DNA of 64,000 bases from the human T2T-CHM13v2.0 reference genome, Homo sapiens, in assembly GCF_009914755.1 (NCBI RefSeq), contig NC_060941.1; one strand, given 5' to 3'. Under the pieces are notes generated by a model. That model was not told where the DNA came from and did not search any database. It worked only from the letters and a program-made list of their open reading frames with translations. Every line of letters starts with the position of its first letter. Within the stretch, counting starts at the first letter, position 1. This document shows, in pieces, positions 1 through 44,856 of the stretch. The translations under genes were made by a program, and so were the position numbers.

Positions 1-538
1 CTGGACCCTGCTCCTCTTCTCTCTAGCCCTGTGAAATGGCAGCTTCTCATTCTAATGTGCTATGAGTGAGGATGGGATGACAAGACAGTAACATCAACAT
101 TATCCTAATTGCTCCCTGCAGCTAAGACAGTGTTGGTGAGATCTATATAGTTTTATAGTTCATAATTATCTTGACTTAGAGTTAGAATTATTTTAAAATA
201 TTTATTTACTCAGCAAAGATTTACTGAATGCCTACTATGTGACTAGCACTGGACATTCAAATATAAAAAAGAATATAAAAAAGACACAGTCCCTGGCCTC
301 AAGTTACTAGAATCTATTGGCAGAAGAGACAAGTGAAGGGAAGCCCCCCATCTTCCATTCAATCACACATGTCCCGGTGTTGGGGTGGCCCATGGAAGGG
401 TGTTCCAACCACAGTCAGGCAGAAGAAGGAACCAACAAGCTTCCAGACAAAGACTTCTCATGTATGACTCACCCAAAAAAGGATTTCTGCTTAATGGAAA
501 AAATTAAGGCTACTACTTAATTTGCTCCTTATAAGCTA

Positions 539-25770
<25,232 letters not shown>

Positions 25771-27410
25771 TCATCCGGCAACAGTCTTCCCTAAAACCAT
25801 TCCTAAAACGAAACAAAGCTACTTCAGACCAACAGCGTTGAACAAGGGAAAAGAACAGATAAAACACAGTGCCATGTGCATGTAGCAATATACTAGAAGT
25901 AGCCAATAGTAACCTCATACTGAGAGTGACTGCTTAATGACAGGTAAATGATAGTTTCTTCCATTTATAAAAGCAACCACACTTTGGAAGTTCCCAATTT
26001 CAAAAACAAAAAAAAATAGGGGAACACTTACTATTTTAATAATAATCTCTTGAGCCCTTTCCATTCCAAATTTCAAATCTCAAAGGTCTCCAGCAAGGCG
26101 TTATTCCCAAAACAGAGCTTTGCCATGGTAAACTAGCATGTTCCAGCAGGGTGGTTTTTGGACAAGCAGTCTACATTAACAAGTCTTAATACTAGTCAGA
26201 AAGCAGTATGCTTCACTCTGTCAGGTGGCCCGAAGGCATATAACTCTCAATGACTCTAAGTAAACCTGTAGCATCAGAATTCCTCGATTCAAGCCAGGAT
26301 CTGCCATTTGGAGAGCTGAATGATTTCTCTCAATCTTCATTTCCCCCAATCTTTCCCCCACCCTATACATATGTACACAAGATAATAGATATGAAAGCAC
26401 TCGGTAAGCTATCAAGGGCTACACCCTTATCATTGCCTTGCCCTATTCTGAAGGCCTCATTATAGACTTTACTATCCCTGCCACTCACGTACTGATCACG
26501 TATAGTATTGTCTCATACTGTTATTTACCTATTTCACATGTACATGTCTCATCTTCCCAGCCAGACAAGGCGACTTGAGGGGAAGGGCCTTGTCTTGCTC
26601 TTCTATTTCCCATTACAAAGTGCTCTGAGCATAGTACACAATTTAGCATTTGTTGAGTTAAGCTGATTTTCTGTGAACTGACTAGTTTTAAATCTCTGGG
26701 GAATTTGTTCTCTCAAAAAATCCTACAGTAAATCAATTGGGAAATTCAAGGTTTTTTTAAAAAAAACCCTAATTTAAGCTTTTGAATAAATCCAAAATTT
26801 GCAGACTAGATTTGCTTAAAGACAGATACTTCTTGGGAACATAAAGACAGCTGTCTAAGAGTCCTTATTTCTAAGGCTGTAGCACACATGAAAAAAGCAG
26901 ATGGGAGGAGGCACATGAGCAAGGCAATCCCAACTGGCTTGACGTTGGCACAGGTGGGTGGCTGGAGTTGCAGAATGAAGGCTGCAGAAATGGGGCCCGG
27001 AGATCTGCCACTTTTAAATGGTCAGTACTTCCCTCCTGGCTGCTTCTAGGTGCCAAGGGCCAAATAGTCCATTCTCCACTAGAAAAAAACTAGGTGATCC
27101 CCACAGTTCCAGCATGCCTCAAGTGATGCTACACACACACATACACACACACGCACAAAGTCCAGGGACACCCACCCCTAAACTGTCCCCCTGTACAAAG
27201 TTCTGGGACTCTCCTTGCAATCTGGCCCTTTCCCACTGCTCCAGGAAACGTCCCAATTTGTCCCTCTACATACCCTGGGGCATCTCCACGAAAACCCTCT
27301 CTCCCCCATGCTGAGATGCCCTTACAGCCAGTGCCTTCATCCGCAACCCATGACAAACCTACCCCGAACCTGTTCCCTCCCACACAGCCCCAACTTCTTC
27401 CCTACACACA

Positions 27411-30400
27411 CTACTGGAACGCCCCCCTCAATCTAGCCTCCCCCACATAACTCTCTCCCAAATTGCTCCCTCTCACTCTGACTGCAGACACTCCTCCAGC
27501 CAGCCTCCTCCCACTTGGCTGTAGGTGGTCTCTGAAATGGCCAAGGCCTATTTCCTCCCTTGAAACTGAGGGTACCCCCACAGCTGTTCTTGTCCCTGAC
27601 ATGCCTAGAGCATTCTCATAGGCTGTTTCTTCCCCCAAAGACCTTGGACAGCTCCATAACCTGGCCCCAGGCACACAGGTGTGAGATGTCCCCACAGCCT
27701 GGCTGCCCCCGGCCAGTCCCAAAATATTCCCACCTCCTGTCTCATCCTCTGAAGCCCCCACTCCCCCTGTGGACTGTCTCCTCAGCACGGTCAGACCTGA
27801 GACACCCACGTCCGCTTCTGCTCCTGAGGACCCAGTCACCCACACCGCAGCAGGCGCACGCCCTGCCATGGGAGCTCCTACAGCTGCAAGCACCCCCAGA
27901 GGCAGAGGCACCCTCCCGGCCTCGGGAATGGCTCCACCGTGTCTCCTTCTCCACAGGCCTGAGACACCTTCAGAGCCTGTCTCCCCCTCCACAGGTCCAG
28001 GAACCCTGGCAGCTGTGGGCCCCTCAGTGGCCAGTCTCCTTCCCCATATGCCTGAGCCGTCATCCCCAGAGCCCGTATCCCCTACCATTGGCCCTGGAAG
28101 CCCGGGAGCTGTGGGCACTCCCACGGCCATGGAACCTCTAGCAGCCACAGGCCTCCCAGCAGTCTGCCTTCTTCCAGACAGGCCAGAGACATGCTCAAAG
28201 ATGGTCCCCTCCCCCACAGACCCCAGCAGCCCCACAGCCATGGACACTCCTGTAGTCTGTCTGCCTCCCAACAAACCTGAGACACCCCCAGAGCCAGTCT
28301 TCTCCGCCATGGGCCCAGGCATCCTGGTCGAGGTGGGCACCTCCATCCTTGTGGGACCCTTGGCATCTGCAGGTCCGCCCACTGTCTCTCTTTCACCCCA
28401 CAATTCTGAGCCAGTTTCCTCTTGCACAGGCCTAGGCACCCTGGGAGCCACGGGCACCCCACTAGCTGCAGACAGCCCCACAGTGCCAGGCATTCCTGCA
28501 GTTTGCTGCCTCCCTGACAAGCCTGAAAAGCCTCCATCACCAGGCTCCAGCTCCACAGAACCAGGCACCCTAGGAGCCAGAAGGACTTCGGTGGCCACAG
28601 GAGCCCTGACCCTCTGTCTCTGTCCCCAGGGTCTTGGGATACCCCCAGAGTCAGTCTCCCCCCCAAGCCCAGGCCCCTCAGGCACCACAGGAACCCCAAT
28701 AGTCTGTCTCCTCCCCCATGGGCCCGGGAAGGCCCCAGAACCACAATCCTCCCCGCCAGACCACAGCTTCTCCCGAGCCACGTGTCCCCCTGAAGCCACG
28801 GATTCCTCCCCGCCTGACCACAGCTCCTCCTGAGCCACGGGTCCCCCTGAAGCCACGGATTCCTCCCCGCCAGACCACAGCTCCTCCCGAGCCACGGGTC
28901 CCCCCGAAGCCACAGATATTCTGGCAGCCCGAGTCCTTTCCCACAGGTTCAAAATGTCTCTAGAGCTGCCTTCCTGACACACAGGACCAGACGCCCACAC
29001 AGCAGCAGGCACTCTGGCAGGCACCTTTCCAGAGCCGGGCACACCCATTGCCATGAGGACCCCTGCTGCGGCACACCCCTGCCGGGGCACATCTGCTGCC
29101 CTGGGTATGCCCACCGTCTCAGACACCCCCACAGCCTGCCTCCTCCCACACTGACATGCAACATCTCCACAGCCAGCCTCCTGATCCACTGACCCAGGGA
29201 CCCCTAAAGCTGGAGGCCCCAGACTCTCTGGCTCCCCCACAGCCTGCCTCCTTTCCCACGGGCTCAGAACATTCCCACTACAGGTCTCCTCTCCAAGCCC
29301 AGGCACTGCCTCGGCTGGGGGCCCCCCAAGAGCTTGCTGTCCGTCCCACAGGCCCAGGCCCCCGCTGTGGCTCAGCTCTTCTCCCAGGGCTCCAGGTACC
29401 ACCACAGCCTGGGGCACCCTTACCATCTGTCCCGCTCCCCACAGCCCTGGGACACTCACACAGCCCGTGTCCTTCCCCAAGGCCCTGGGTACCCCTGTAG
29501 CCTGTTGTATCCCCCACAGGCCTGGGGCACCCCCAGAACCTGCTGCCTGCTCCCCAGGACATGATGACTCTGCAGTCTGCGCAGCTCCCCGTGACCCTGG
29601 ATCACCCCCAGAGCCTGTCTCCACCCACACAGGCTGTCCCCTTTCCCTGAACCCTGGGTCACCTCCACATCTAGTTTCCTCTTCAGCAGCACAGGGCACC
29701 CCAACAGAGTATCCTGTGCCCCACGGGCCGGGCATACCCACAGAGTCTGTCTCCTCCACAGCCTGTCTCCTGTAACACACACCTGCGGCACCCACAGAAG
29801 TAGGCTCCTCCTCCACAGCATCGGACACCCCCACAGCCTGTCCCCTCCCCCATACGCCAGGGGTGGCCCCACAGACTGCTTCATGTGTCAGAGCCCCAGG
29901 AATCTGCGGGGACTGTCCTCTCCCCCACAGACCTGCAGCACCGCCACAGCCGAGCTCTCCCTCCATGGCTCTGGGCGCTCCCACAGCCCCAGTCCACCCC
30001 ACGGTCCCAGGCTCGCCCATAGTCTGTTCTTTTTCACAAGGGCCTGAGACAAACCCATAGCCTATCTCCTCCCCAGTCTCAGGAACCCCCACAGCTTCTC
30101 CCCTCCACAGGTGCGGGGCCATTTCAGAACTTGACGCCAAAGCCCCAGGCACACTCGCAGGAGGCACCCTCCCAGCCTGTCCCTGTCCACAGAAGCCTAA
30201 GGCTCTCTCGTAAGCTGCCCCTAAGCCCAGAGCTGTGGGCCCTGAGGGGGCCCGAGGGATCCCCCTTGCCTGTTCCTTCACCCAGGGCCCTGTAAGACCG
30301 CCGCGGCTTGTCTCTACCCAGGAAGCTCGGCCAGGAACACCCCTTTCGACAGGTCCCTCTCCTGCAGGCACGGGATGGAGCTCGACTCTACTTCCTTCCC

Positions 30401-30947
30401 CACATCCCGAGGCGGCCCTCATAGCCTGCACCTTCAGCCACAGGTGCAGAATGCTCTCATGGCCCAGAGATCCCGGGCGACCTTTTCTCTCGCAGCCCCG
30501 GGGACTTCTATCTTCGGTCTCCTCCTCCCCAGACCCGGTCACCCACACAGCCCCGGCAAGCCCCACCACCTCGGGCTCCCCCACAGCCCCGTTCACCCAC
30601 ACAGCCCCAGGGTCCCTTGCAGCCTCGATGGAGCCTGGGGTCCCAGGAGCTCCCAAAGCCTCATTCGCCCCGGCGGCGTCGGCTGTCTCCGCCGCTTGTC
30701 TCGTCCCCCATGGCCGCTGACGGCCCTGTGGCCTTTCTGCACTCACACAGCGCGTCTCCCACTCCGAGGGCTTCGCCCGGCGCCTTGCTCCACGGCCTCG
30801 GGACGTCCCTGCGCCCCGTCTCTTCCCCCACGGCCGCCGAACCCCCCGCCCCGACCTGCTGGGCCCCACGCAGCGACCCGGCATCTTAGCCGCCTGCTCT
30901 CCCCGGCGCAGCCTGGGCAAGGCCCCACGGCGAGTCTCCCGGCTCAT
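27411..30947 (-). CDS. Intronless uncharacterised 1178-aa Gly/Ala/Val/Pro/Glu-rich repeat protein nested in KIAA0753 intron 1
   Basis: 3537-nt open frame, ATG with purine at -3 (GCTATGA), recurrent peptide motif G-L-W-G-x-x-Q-x-V-G-V-P...E-E-T-G; no transposon sequence recognised. Confidence 0.7.
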   Translation of the reverse strand: MSRETRRGALPRLRRGEQAAKMPGRCVGPSRSGRGVRRPWGKRRGAGTSRGRGARRRAKPSEWETRCVSAERPQGRQRPWGTRQAAETADAAGANEALGAPGTPGSIEAARDPGAVWVNGAVGEPEVVGLAGAVWVTGSGEEETEDRSPRGCERKGRPGSLGHESILHLWLKVQAMRAASGCGEGSRVELHPVPAGEGPVERGVPGRASWVETSRGGLTGPWVKEQARGIPRAPSGPTALGLGAAYERALGFCGQGQAGRVPPASVPGALASSSEMAPHLWRGEAVGVPETGEEIGYGFVSGPCEKEQTMGEPGTVGWTGAVGAPRAMEGELGCGGAAGLWGRGQSPQIPGALTHEAVCGATPGVWGRGQAVGVSDAVEEEPTSVGAAGVCYRRQAVEETDSVGMPGPWGTGYSVGVPCAAEEETRCGGDPGFRERGQPVWVETGSGGDPGSRGAAQTAESSCPGEQAAGSGGAPGLWGIQQATGVPRALGKDTGCVSVPGLWGAGQMVRVPQAVVVPGALGEELSHSGGLGLWDGQQALGGPPAEAVPGLGEETCSGNVLSPWERRQAVGEPESLGPPALGVPGSVDQEAGCGDVACQCGRRQAVGVSETVGIPRAADVPRQGCAAAGVLMAMGVPGSGKVPARVPAAVWASGPVCQEGSSRDILNLWERTRAARISVASGGPVAREELWSGGEESVASGGPVAQEELWSGGEESVASGGHVAREKLWSGGEDCGSGAFPGPWGRRQTIGVPVVPEGPGLGGETDSGGIPRPWGQRQRVRAPVATEVLLAPRVPGSVELEPGDGGFSGLSGRQQTAGMPGTVGLSAASGVPVAPRVPRPVQEETGSELWGERETVGGPADAKGPTRMEVPTSTRMPGPMAEKTGSGGVSGLLGGRQTTGVSMAVGLLGSVGEGTIFEHVSGLSGRRQTAGRPVAARGSMAVGVPTAPGLPGPMVGDTGSGDDGSGIWGRRLATEGPTAARVPGPVEGETGSEGVSGLWRRRHGGAIPEAGRVPLPLGVLAAVGAPMAGRAPAAVWVTGSSGAEADVGVSGLTVLRRQSTGGVGASEDETGGGNILGLAGGSQAVGTSHTCVPGARLWSCPRSLGEETAYENALGMSGTRTAVGVPSVSREEIGLGHFRDHLQPSGRRLAGGVSAVRVRGSNLGESYVGEARLRGAFQ
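28744..28915. repeat. 57-bp in-frame tandem repeat x3 (SVASGGPVAREELWSGGEE)
   Basis: Three near-identical units gattcctccccgcc(a/t)gaccacagct...gaagccac with period 57. Confidence 0.92.
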
Positions 30948-31267
30948 AGCTCCAGGGCAGTTCCCTTCCTCCCTACCGCGGCCCTGGGGGATGTCTTAGC
31001 ACCTCGCTCCCTAAGCTGCTCCACACACGCACTCACACACTCCGCTCCGGCCTTGCAGCCTTTCTCCCTCCGAGCCCCTCACCCATCCCACCCCCGCCCA
31101 GTCTCGGGAACCCGCCCCCAGTCCCAGGCCCCCGTAAAGCCTAGACGGCAGAAAAGGTAACTGGGGGGACAAAGCAACAAAGGCTTTCCGAGTCAGATCT
31201 CCTCTCCCCCAAGTCCATGACTCTATGCGGCTTCCCAGAATCCCCCCCAGCCCCGGCCCGAGCCCAC

Positions 31268-31345
31268 CTGGCCTAGGGTGAGGCGCGGCTACTGGGAGGC
31301 GGGCAACGGGGGCCCCCAACAAGGCCGCGCTTCCGGCCGCCTGCC
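31268..31345 (-). other. KIAA0753: Probable non-coding exon 1 of KIAA0753 (5' end approximate)
   Basis: CCAG|GTGGGC donor at 31267-31266 inside the CpG island, just downstream of ETS and X-box motifs. Confidence 0.65.
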
Positions 31346-31347
31346 CA

Positions 31348-31361
31348 GTCGCCATAGCAAC
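31348..31361. promoter_or_regulatory. RFX X-box GTCGCCATAGCAAC
   Basis: 12/14 match to the GTTGCCATGGCAAC palindrome next to the start of a ciliary gene. Confidence 0.75.
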
Positions 31362-31713
31362 AGGCGCAGGGCGGCTTGGGAGCCTTTGAGGCCCTGAACT
31401 ATTTAAGGATCCAGGTGTTGCAAGGCGGTAAGTTTTGCAGCCAGTGTCCATGAGGTCGGGGCTGGGACTAGATTAGGGTAGATCTAAGCCTGGGCTTGGG
31501 AGTGCAGCTAGCGCAGAAAGATCTGAGGAACTAGAGCAAAAAGCCATGCGGATGGATTGTGGTCGTCAGAGGCTCCCGTAGTCTTTAGCGGCGCTGGCTT
31601 CCGCAGGCTCCGCCCTCTCTTGCCCACCCGGAAACAGCCTCGCCCCGCCTACGCGGGACCCAACCGCGGCGACCGGACGTGCACTCCTCCAGTAGCGGCT
31701 GCACGTCGTGCCA

Positions 31714-33650
31714 ATGGCCCGCTATGAGGAGGTGAGCGTGTCCGGCTTCGAGGAGTTCCACCGGGCCGTGGAACAGCACAATGGCAAGACCATTTTCGCC
31801 TACTTTACGGGTTCTAAGGACGCCGGGGGGAAAAGCTGGTGCCCCGACTGCGTGCAGGGTGAGGCCGGGATTCGGGGGCTGCTGTCCAATGGAAATGGCA
31901 GGAAGGTCGAGCCTACGGCCAGAAGGGGGGCTTAGCGGAGGCAGAGTCTTGGTTCCAGACATCCGCGGAGCAATCTGAGCTGTCCCCAAGTCTCCTTCTA
32001 TTAAATCCTACCCCGCCCTGCCAAGAGCGCTCTTCCTTTTACCACCTTACCCGGATGATCTTGGAATCTAGTTCCTTAAAACTTCTCACTCCCCCAGTAC
32101 CATTAGTGTCTTACAGGATACGTGAGTTGGTCAGCAAATACATGTGCTTTCCATTGTTACGGGCGCGGTGGTGCAGGGGCAAATCGGGACTGGGATTTGG
32201 TCCTTACCCTTAACGTGGCTCTAAGACCAGAAGGGAACACCTGACTTGTGTTGACCTCTTCAGTTAGCTGCAGGTTAAAGTCTGAGTGCTTACCAAGACT
32301 GGGGGAAGGGGGAAAGAACACAGTTTATACGTGCCTGATTGTAGAGTTGACGTGCGATTATTTTATCTCAACTTTTTTTAAAGCTGAACCAGTCGTACGA
32401 GAGGGGCTGAAGCACATTAGTGAAGGATGTGTGTTCATCTACTGCCAAGTAGGAGAAAAGCCTTAGTAAGTGGCAATGTATAATCTACCTCGCAGACGTG
32501 CACAAATTGCATACTTAGGCGGGAAGGGCCTCAGGGACTTACTTACCCAGTTTGTCTTACAAGGTAATGTCTGACAAGTTAAACAATTAGAAGCTATTAA
32601 ATACAAATTTAAAATGCCCACCTGAATTAAGTAAGGGTAATTCAACGAATTTGGTCTGGTGTAAGCCCAGAACTTAGCTGGCTTTACTTTTATATCTTAG
32701 TCACACTTTGAAACTTTGCACAGGGTAATTAGTAGATTAAGCCATAGTCCGCAAGGTTTTTTAAGTGTTTGCAAGAACAGTGATTACTAAAAAATTAAAT
32801 GTAGGACTATGTCAAATATTAAGCAAACTGTAATAAACCAAGTAAATTTTTTTCATGATCACTTTTTCTTTTCGAATAGTTGGAAAGATCCAAATAATGA
32901 CTTCAGAAAAAACTTGAAAGTAACAGCAGTGCCTACACTACTTAAGTATGGAACAGTAAGTATCTTTAAATATGCTGGGCCTGTAATTCACTGTCAGAAC
33001 TCTTTTAACTTGCTGTGGATCCAGATTTGAAAAGATCTTGACATTTCATCTCAATTCCATTGTTGTTCAGAGTGCTGCTGAAAGTCCATTCCTATGGCCA
33101 ATCCCAATAAACTGATAATGTAAATATCTAGCTATTAGGTCTTTTTCATGTTAAGTCACTCTTAAAAAACCAGAAAGTAGGTTGACTCATAATTCCTTAA
33201 AACATTTGCATCAACAGTTGTTTTCTGTTTAATTCATAATTCTGGTTAAAAAGTAAGGGCATCTCTTCTAGTTCAGTCATGCCCCTGGGATCCTAAATTA
33301 AAGAGTTGAGGGGAAGAAGAGGGCACTGGGCTTGCTGTCTCCTGTTTTAGTCTGTGGAGCTTCCTGGTATTTGGGGTTTAAGTCTCTTGAGCCAAGTATG
33401 TTAGTGATTCATCTTACAGCAAATATATTGATTCTTTCATAAAACTTGTTATAACTAGATGATAGTTTCTGAATTGCGTAATTTCTGTGTTCAAAGATGA
33501 GTGTCATTCAAGGCAGAACTCATTCCACTCCTAATAACGTTTTATAGAAGTAGTGAAGATTTGACTGTTTTTCTCTTACAGCCTCAAAAACTGGTAGAAT
33601 CTGAGTGTCTTCAGGCCAACCTGGTGGAAATGTTGTTCTCTGAAGATTAA
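31714..33650 (+). CDS. TXNDC17: Thioredoxin domain-containing protein 17 (TRP14), 123 aa, 4 exons
   Basis: Exons 31714-31858, 32384-32465, 32880-32955, 33582-33650 (145+82+76+69=372 nt), GT-AG introns, WCPDC active site, ends ...EMLFSED-TAA. Confidence 0.98.
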
Positions 33651-33699
33651 GATTTTAGGATGGCAATCATGTCTTGATGTCCTGATTTGTTCTAGTATC

Positions 33700-33740
33700 A
33701 ATAAACTGTATACTTGCTTTGAATTCATGTTAGCAATAAA
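33700..33740 (+). terminator. Proximal poly(A) signals of TXNDC17
   Basis: AATAAA at 33700-33705 and 33735-33740, 50-90 nt after the stop codon. Confidence 0.65.
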
Positions 33741-33962
33741 TGATGTTAAAAAAACTGGCATGTGTCTAAACAATAGAGTGCTATTAAAATGCCCATGAAC
33801 CTTTAGTTTGCCTGTAATACATGGATATTTTTAAGATATAAAGAAGTCTTCAGAAATAGCAGTAAAGGCTCAAAGGAACGTATTCTTGAAGGTGACGGAA
33901 ATACCTAAAAACTCCTAAAGGTGCAGAGCACACCTTCCAAATCTCTCAAAAGATCAGTATCT

Positions 33963-33968
33963 TTTATT
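33963..33968 (-). terminator. Candidate poly(A) signal of MED31 long 3' UTR
   Basis: TTTATT on + (AATAAA on -) ~1.1 kb downstream of the MED31 stop. Confidence 0.55.
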
Positions 33969-35097
33969 TTAAGTTATCTCCATCTGCAAAGCAACTGATG
34001 ATATTCCTGAAACCCCTTCTTTGATTTTGGAATGTAGAACCTAACCTCACCACTGAAGGAAAGCACATGACCTCTAATCTAGCCTCTGCTTAATTCAGGC
34101 AGTTTTGTTTTGTTTAATAAAAAACAGACTCCTGAGCACTAGAAGCAGTTTGTTTTGCAGCTGTCTCAATGTGCTTTACTTGGGATGAGGCAGGTGGCGG
34201 AGAGCGGCCGGAAAGACTCTATAACCCAGTTCTGGGAAGAACTCCAAGCTGGGAGTCAGTCACACTGACTCTACCACTTACTAGCTGTGTAACCACAGGC
34301 AAGTTACTCACCCCGTCCAAACCTCAGTTTTCTCTTCTATAAACAAGGTTCTTAGAATAAAATGAGAATTCAAGGAAGCACTTAACATAGCACCTGGTTT
34401 GTGGTACCTCCCAAATCAATGGTAGCTTTCCCAAATGAACACAAGTATTTGAGGCTCCTCATGTTTGTTCTAAAGTCAAGAGTCCAGTTAGTAACTAACC
34501 ACTAGTTGTCCTGCCATGACTAGGTCAAGTGAGGCCACAGTGATTCAGTGATTCTTAAAGCCACCTTGCAAAGCAGGTAATACAGTTATTTCCTGTCCTG
34601 CAGAATTCAAGAACCTTTATGCAGTTCCTGTCCTATGATTTAAAGAGGTCAGTGACTCCGCTACTCTCACTACATCTTAGAGTAGAGTGGTAGAGTAGTT
34701 GATCTGAGACAGTAAGGTTCCAGGAGATGGTCTTGCCCTACTATATGTCAGGAACAGCTAGCCTTAGAATTCAGTATACTTGGTGGCCCACCCCTACCCC
34801 ATGCCCCAGTGCCTTATTTGGTCTAAAGCACCTAACTTTTCCATTCTTAATCAGCTGATTATGCTAAATGCGTAAAAAAGAAAAACACCTTACAAATCCA
34901 CAGGGAAATCAAAGAACAATTCAGGTTTAACAGAAATAGTCTATTAACAATAAAAAGTTGGATGAAAAAGCACACTAAAGGTTCTAGGGGCTACCATAAT
35001 AAAGGTAGATAGGAAGAGTTTTCATTTTTTTTGTCTTCACTGTACAAAAGAAATACATTATATACATGTATTAAGTGCCTCGTTTGTATCCAGTTTT

Positions 35098-42900
<7,803 letters not shown>

Positions 42901-43597
42901 ATGCTGCTTCCCAAAGGCCACCAAGGGGCCAGGGCCCTCAGCCAGGACAGAAAGGCCTCCAGTTGCCAGCCAGCCAGCCAGCTGCCAGGTGGACCAATCA
43001 TTTTCGGTTTCATGGAAACAAACCATAAATCAATGTAAGAAACAGCCAAGCCGCAGTTTCTGAACACAGCCAACGTTTACTGACCGTCCTGCGTCTTGGA
43101 CCAGCCTACTTTTGACCCAGTGAACTATTTTCACTTGAAGCCAGCACAGAAGGTTTTCAGGCCCAGGATGCTGTCTAAATCGGGTTGATGGACAAAGAGA
43201 GGCTGTTTGAGCCTCTGAGCCAGGTGAGTTTGGGATCCACAGCCCTCAGAAAACCTTCACCCCTTAGGAACAGAGACCAAACTGAAATAATGACCTGTGG
43301 AATGATTCCATGCCTGCTAAAAACTCGAGGGACAAGGAACAGACTCATAAATTATTAATTGGCCTTTGTTTATGTTTCAAAGTAAATGGTCGTTTTCTTT
43401 ATGCTAAGTCTTTGTACCTGGCACCCCCATCCATACACTTTTTTAAGGTAGGTTAGATGTGGTTAAAAATGACAGTAAACCCACCAGCAAGCAAAAATAA
43501 TCTTAGAAAGTGAGAGGAGGTCACTGAAACCTGGCCTGAGGTTTGAAGAAGATGGAGAAGAGTTATATTTATTGAGAACCGGCTCTGTGCCAGGCAC

Positions 43598-43949
43598 TAG
43601 ATGTTCCTCCACTTACGATGGGGTTACCTCCCGTTGAAACTATTGTAAGTTGAAAATATGGTAATTTGAAAATGCACTTAATACCCCTAACCTACTAAAC
43701 ATCATGGCTTAGCCTAGCCTACCTTAAACATGCTCAGAACACCTAAAGTTGAGCAAAATCATCTAACAGAAAGCCTGTTTTATAATAAAATGTTGAATAT
43801 CTCATGTAATTTATTGCATACTGTACTAAAAGTGAAAAAGAATGGTTCTATGAGTACTTAAAGTACTATTTCTACTGAATGTCACTTTTGTACCATTGTA
43901 AAGTCGAAAAATCATAAGTCAAACCATCTTAAGTTGGGAACTGTCTGTA
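43598..43949. mobile_element. Tigger3a-like DNA transposon fossil
   Basis: agatgttcctccacttacgatggggttac ... aagttgggaactgtctg terminal inverted repeats. Confidence 0.75.
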
Positions 43950-44520
43950 TTCTGGGAACTTGGGCTATAGCAGTAAAAAAGGCAAAGTCCCAGCTCTAGT
44001 GGAGCTTACACTCTGGTGAAAAGGCAGACAAGCAATGATGAAACAAGACAATTTTCTATTGTGATTAGCACTATGAAGGAAATACATGGGTAATGTGATA
44101 GAGAATGGAAGTAAGTGGCTTCTTTTGATAAAATGGTCAGGGAAGGCCTTGCTGATTAGTTAACATGTAATCTGAGATATGTGTGAATGAACAGTGATCT
44201 GGAACAGGTGCATTCTAGGCAGAAGAACAGCAAATACAAAGGGTGGATGGGAACCAGCTTTGAATGTTCAAGGAACAGAAAGAAGGCCAGTGTGGCTGGA
44301 GTGAGAGAGAAGCAATTATATAGACATGGAAGCAGAACGGAAGAGAGGAGTTAAAAGCAAGCAGGGGCCAGTCCACAGAAGGTCTTCTAAGCCACAGTAA
44401 GGAATTTGAGATTATTCTAAGGTCAACAGGAAAACATTGAAGGGTTTCCAACAGGGGAACGACATGATGCCATTTACATTTTAAAAATATCCTTTTGGCT
44501 TCTGTGTGTAGAATGTGGGA

Positions 44521-44769
44521 CAGTGGTTCTCAACTAAGTGTGATTTTGTCCCCCAGAGGATATATGGCAACCTCTAGAGACATTTTAGTTTGGTTGAAAA
44601 GTTGTTGGGAGGGGGTGGGTGGCACATTAGGTGCTACTGGCACCTAGCGGGTAGAGTCCGGGGATGCCACCTGACATCCTACAGTGCACAGGTCAACACC
44701 CTCCCCTCTGCCAACGATGAAGAATCACTGGTCCCAAAATGTCAATAGTGCCAAGGCTGAGAAACACTG
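44521..44769. mobile_element. MER20 (hAT) element inside an L2 fragment
   Basis: cagtggttctcaac ... gtcaatagtgccaaggctgagaaacactg. Confidence 0.8.
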
Positions 44770-44856
44770 ACAGTTCTAGCAGCTTGGAAAGCTAGAGCAT
44801 GGTCCATTGGGACAGCGCACCACTTTAAGGAACAGTCATGGAAGAGGGTTACCTTT

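Larger units (their letters stand above)
30650..32000. promoter_or_regulatory. CpG island / bidirectional promoter of KIAA0753 and TXNDC17
   Basis: High CpG density between divergent first exons; ETS-like CTTCCGG (~31330) and CCGGAA (~31628), GC boxes. Confidence 0.85.

Noticed and set aside
27769-28833. 354-aa Pro/Ser/Thr-rich plus-strand ORF and other ORFs overlapping the 1178-aa ORF
   Set aside because: Antisense or alternative-frame shadows of a GC-rich repetitive frame; interrupted by stops whereas the minus frame is continuous.
28744-28915. Regular repeats resembling a CRISPR array
   Set aside because: Head-to-tail tandem units with no unique spacers, in eukaryotic DNA with no cas genes.
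31708-31713. In-frame GTG upstream of the TXNDC17 ATG
   Set aside because: Adds only two codons; no evidence that it is used.
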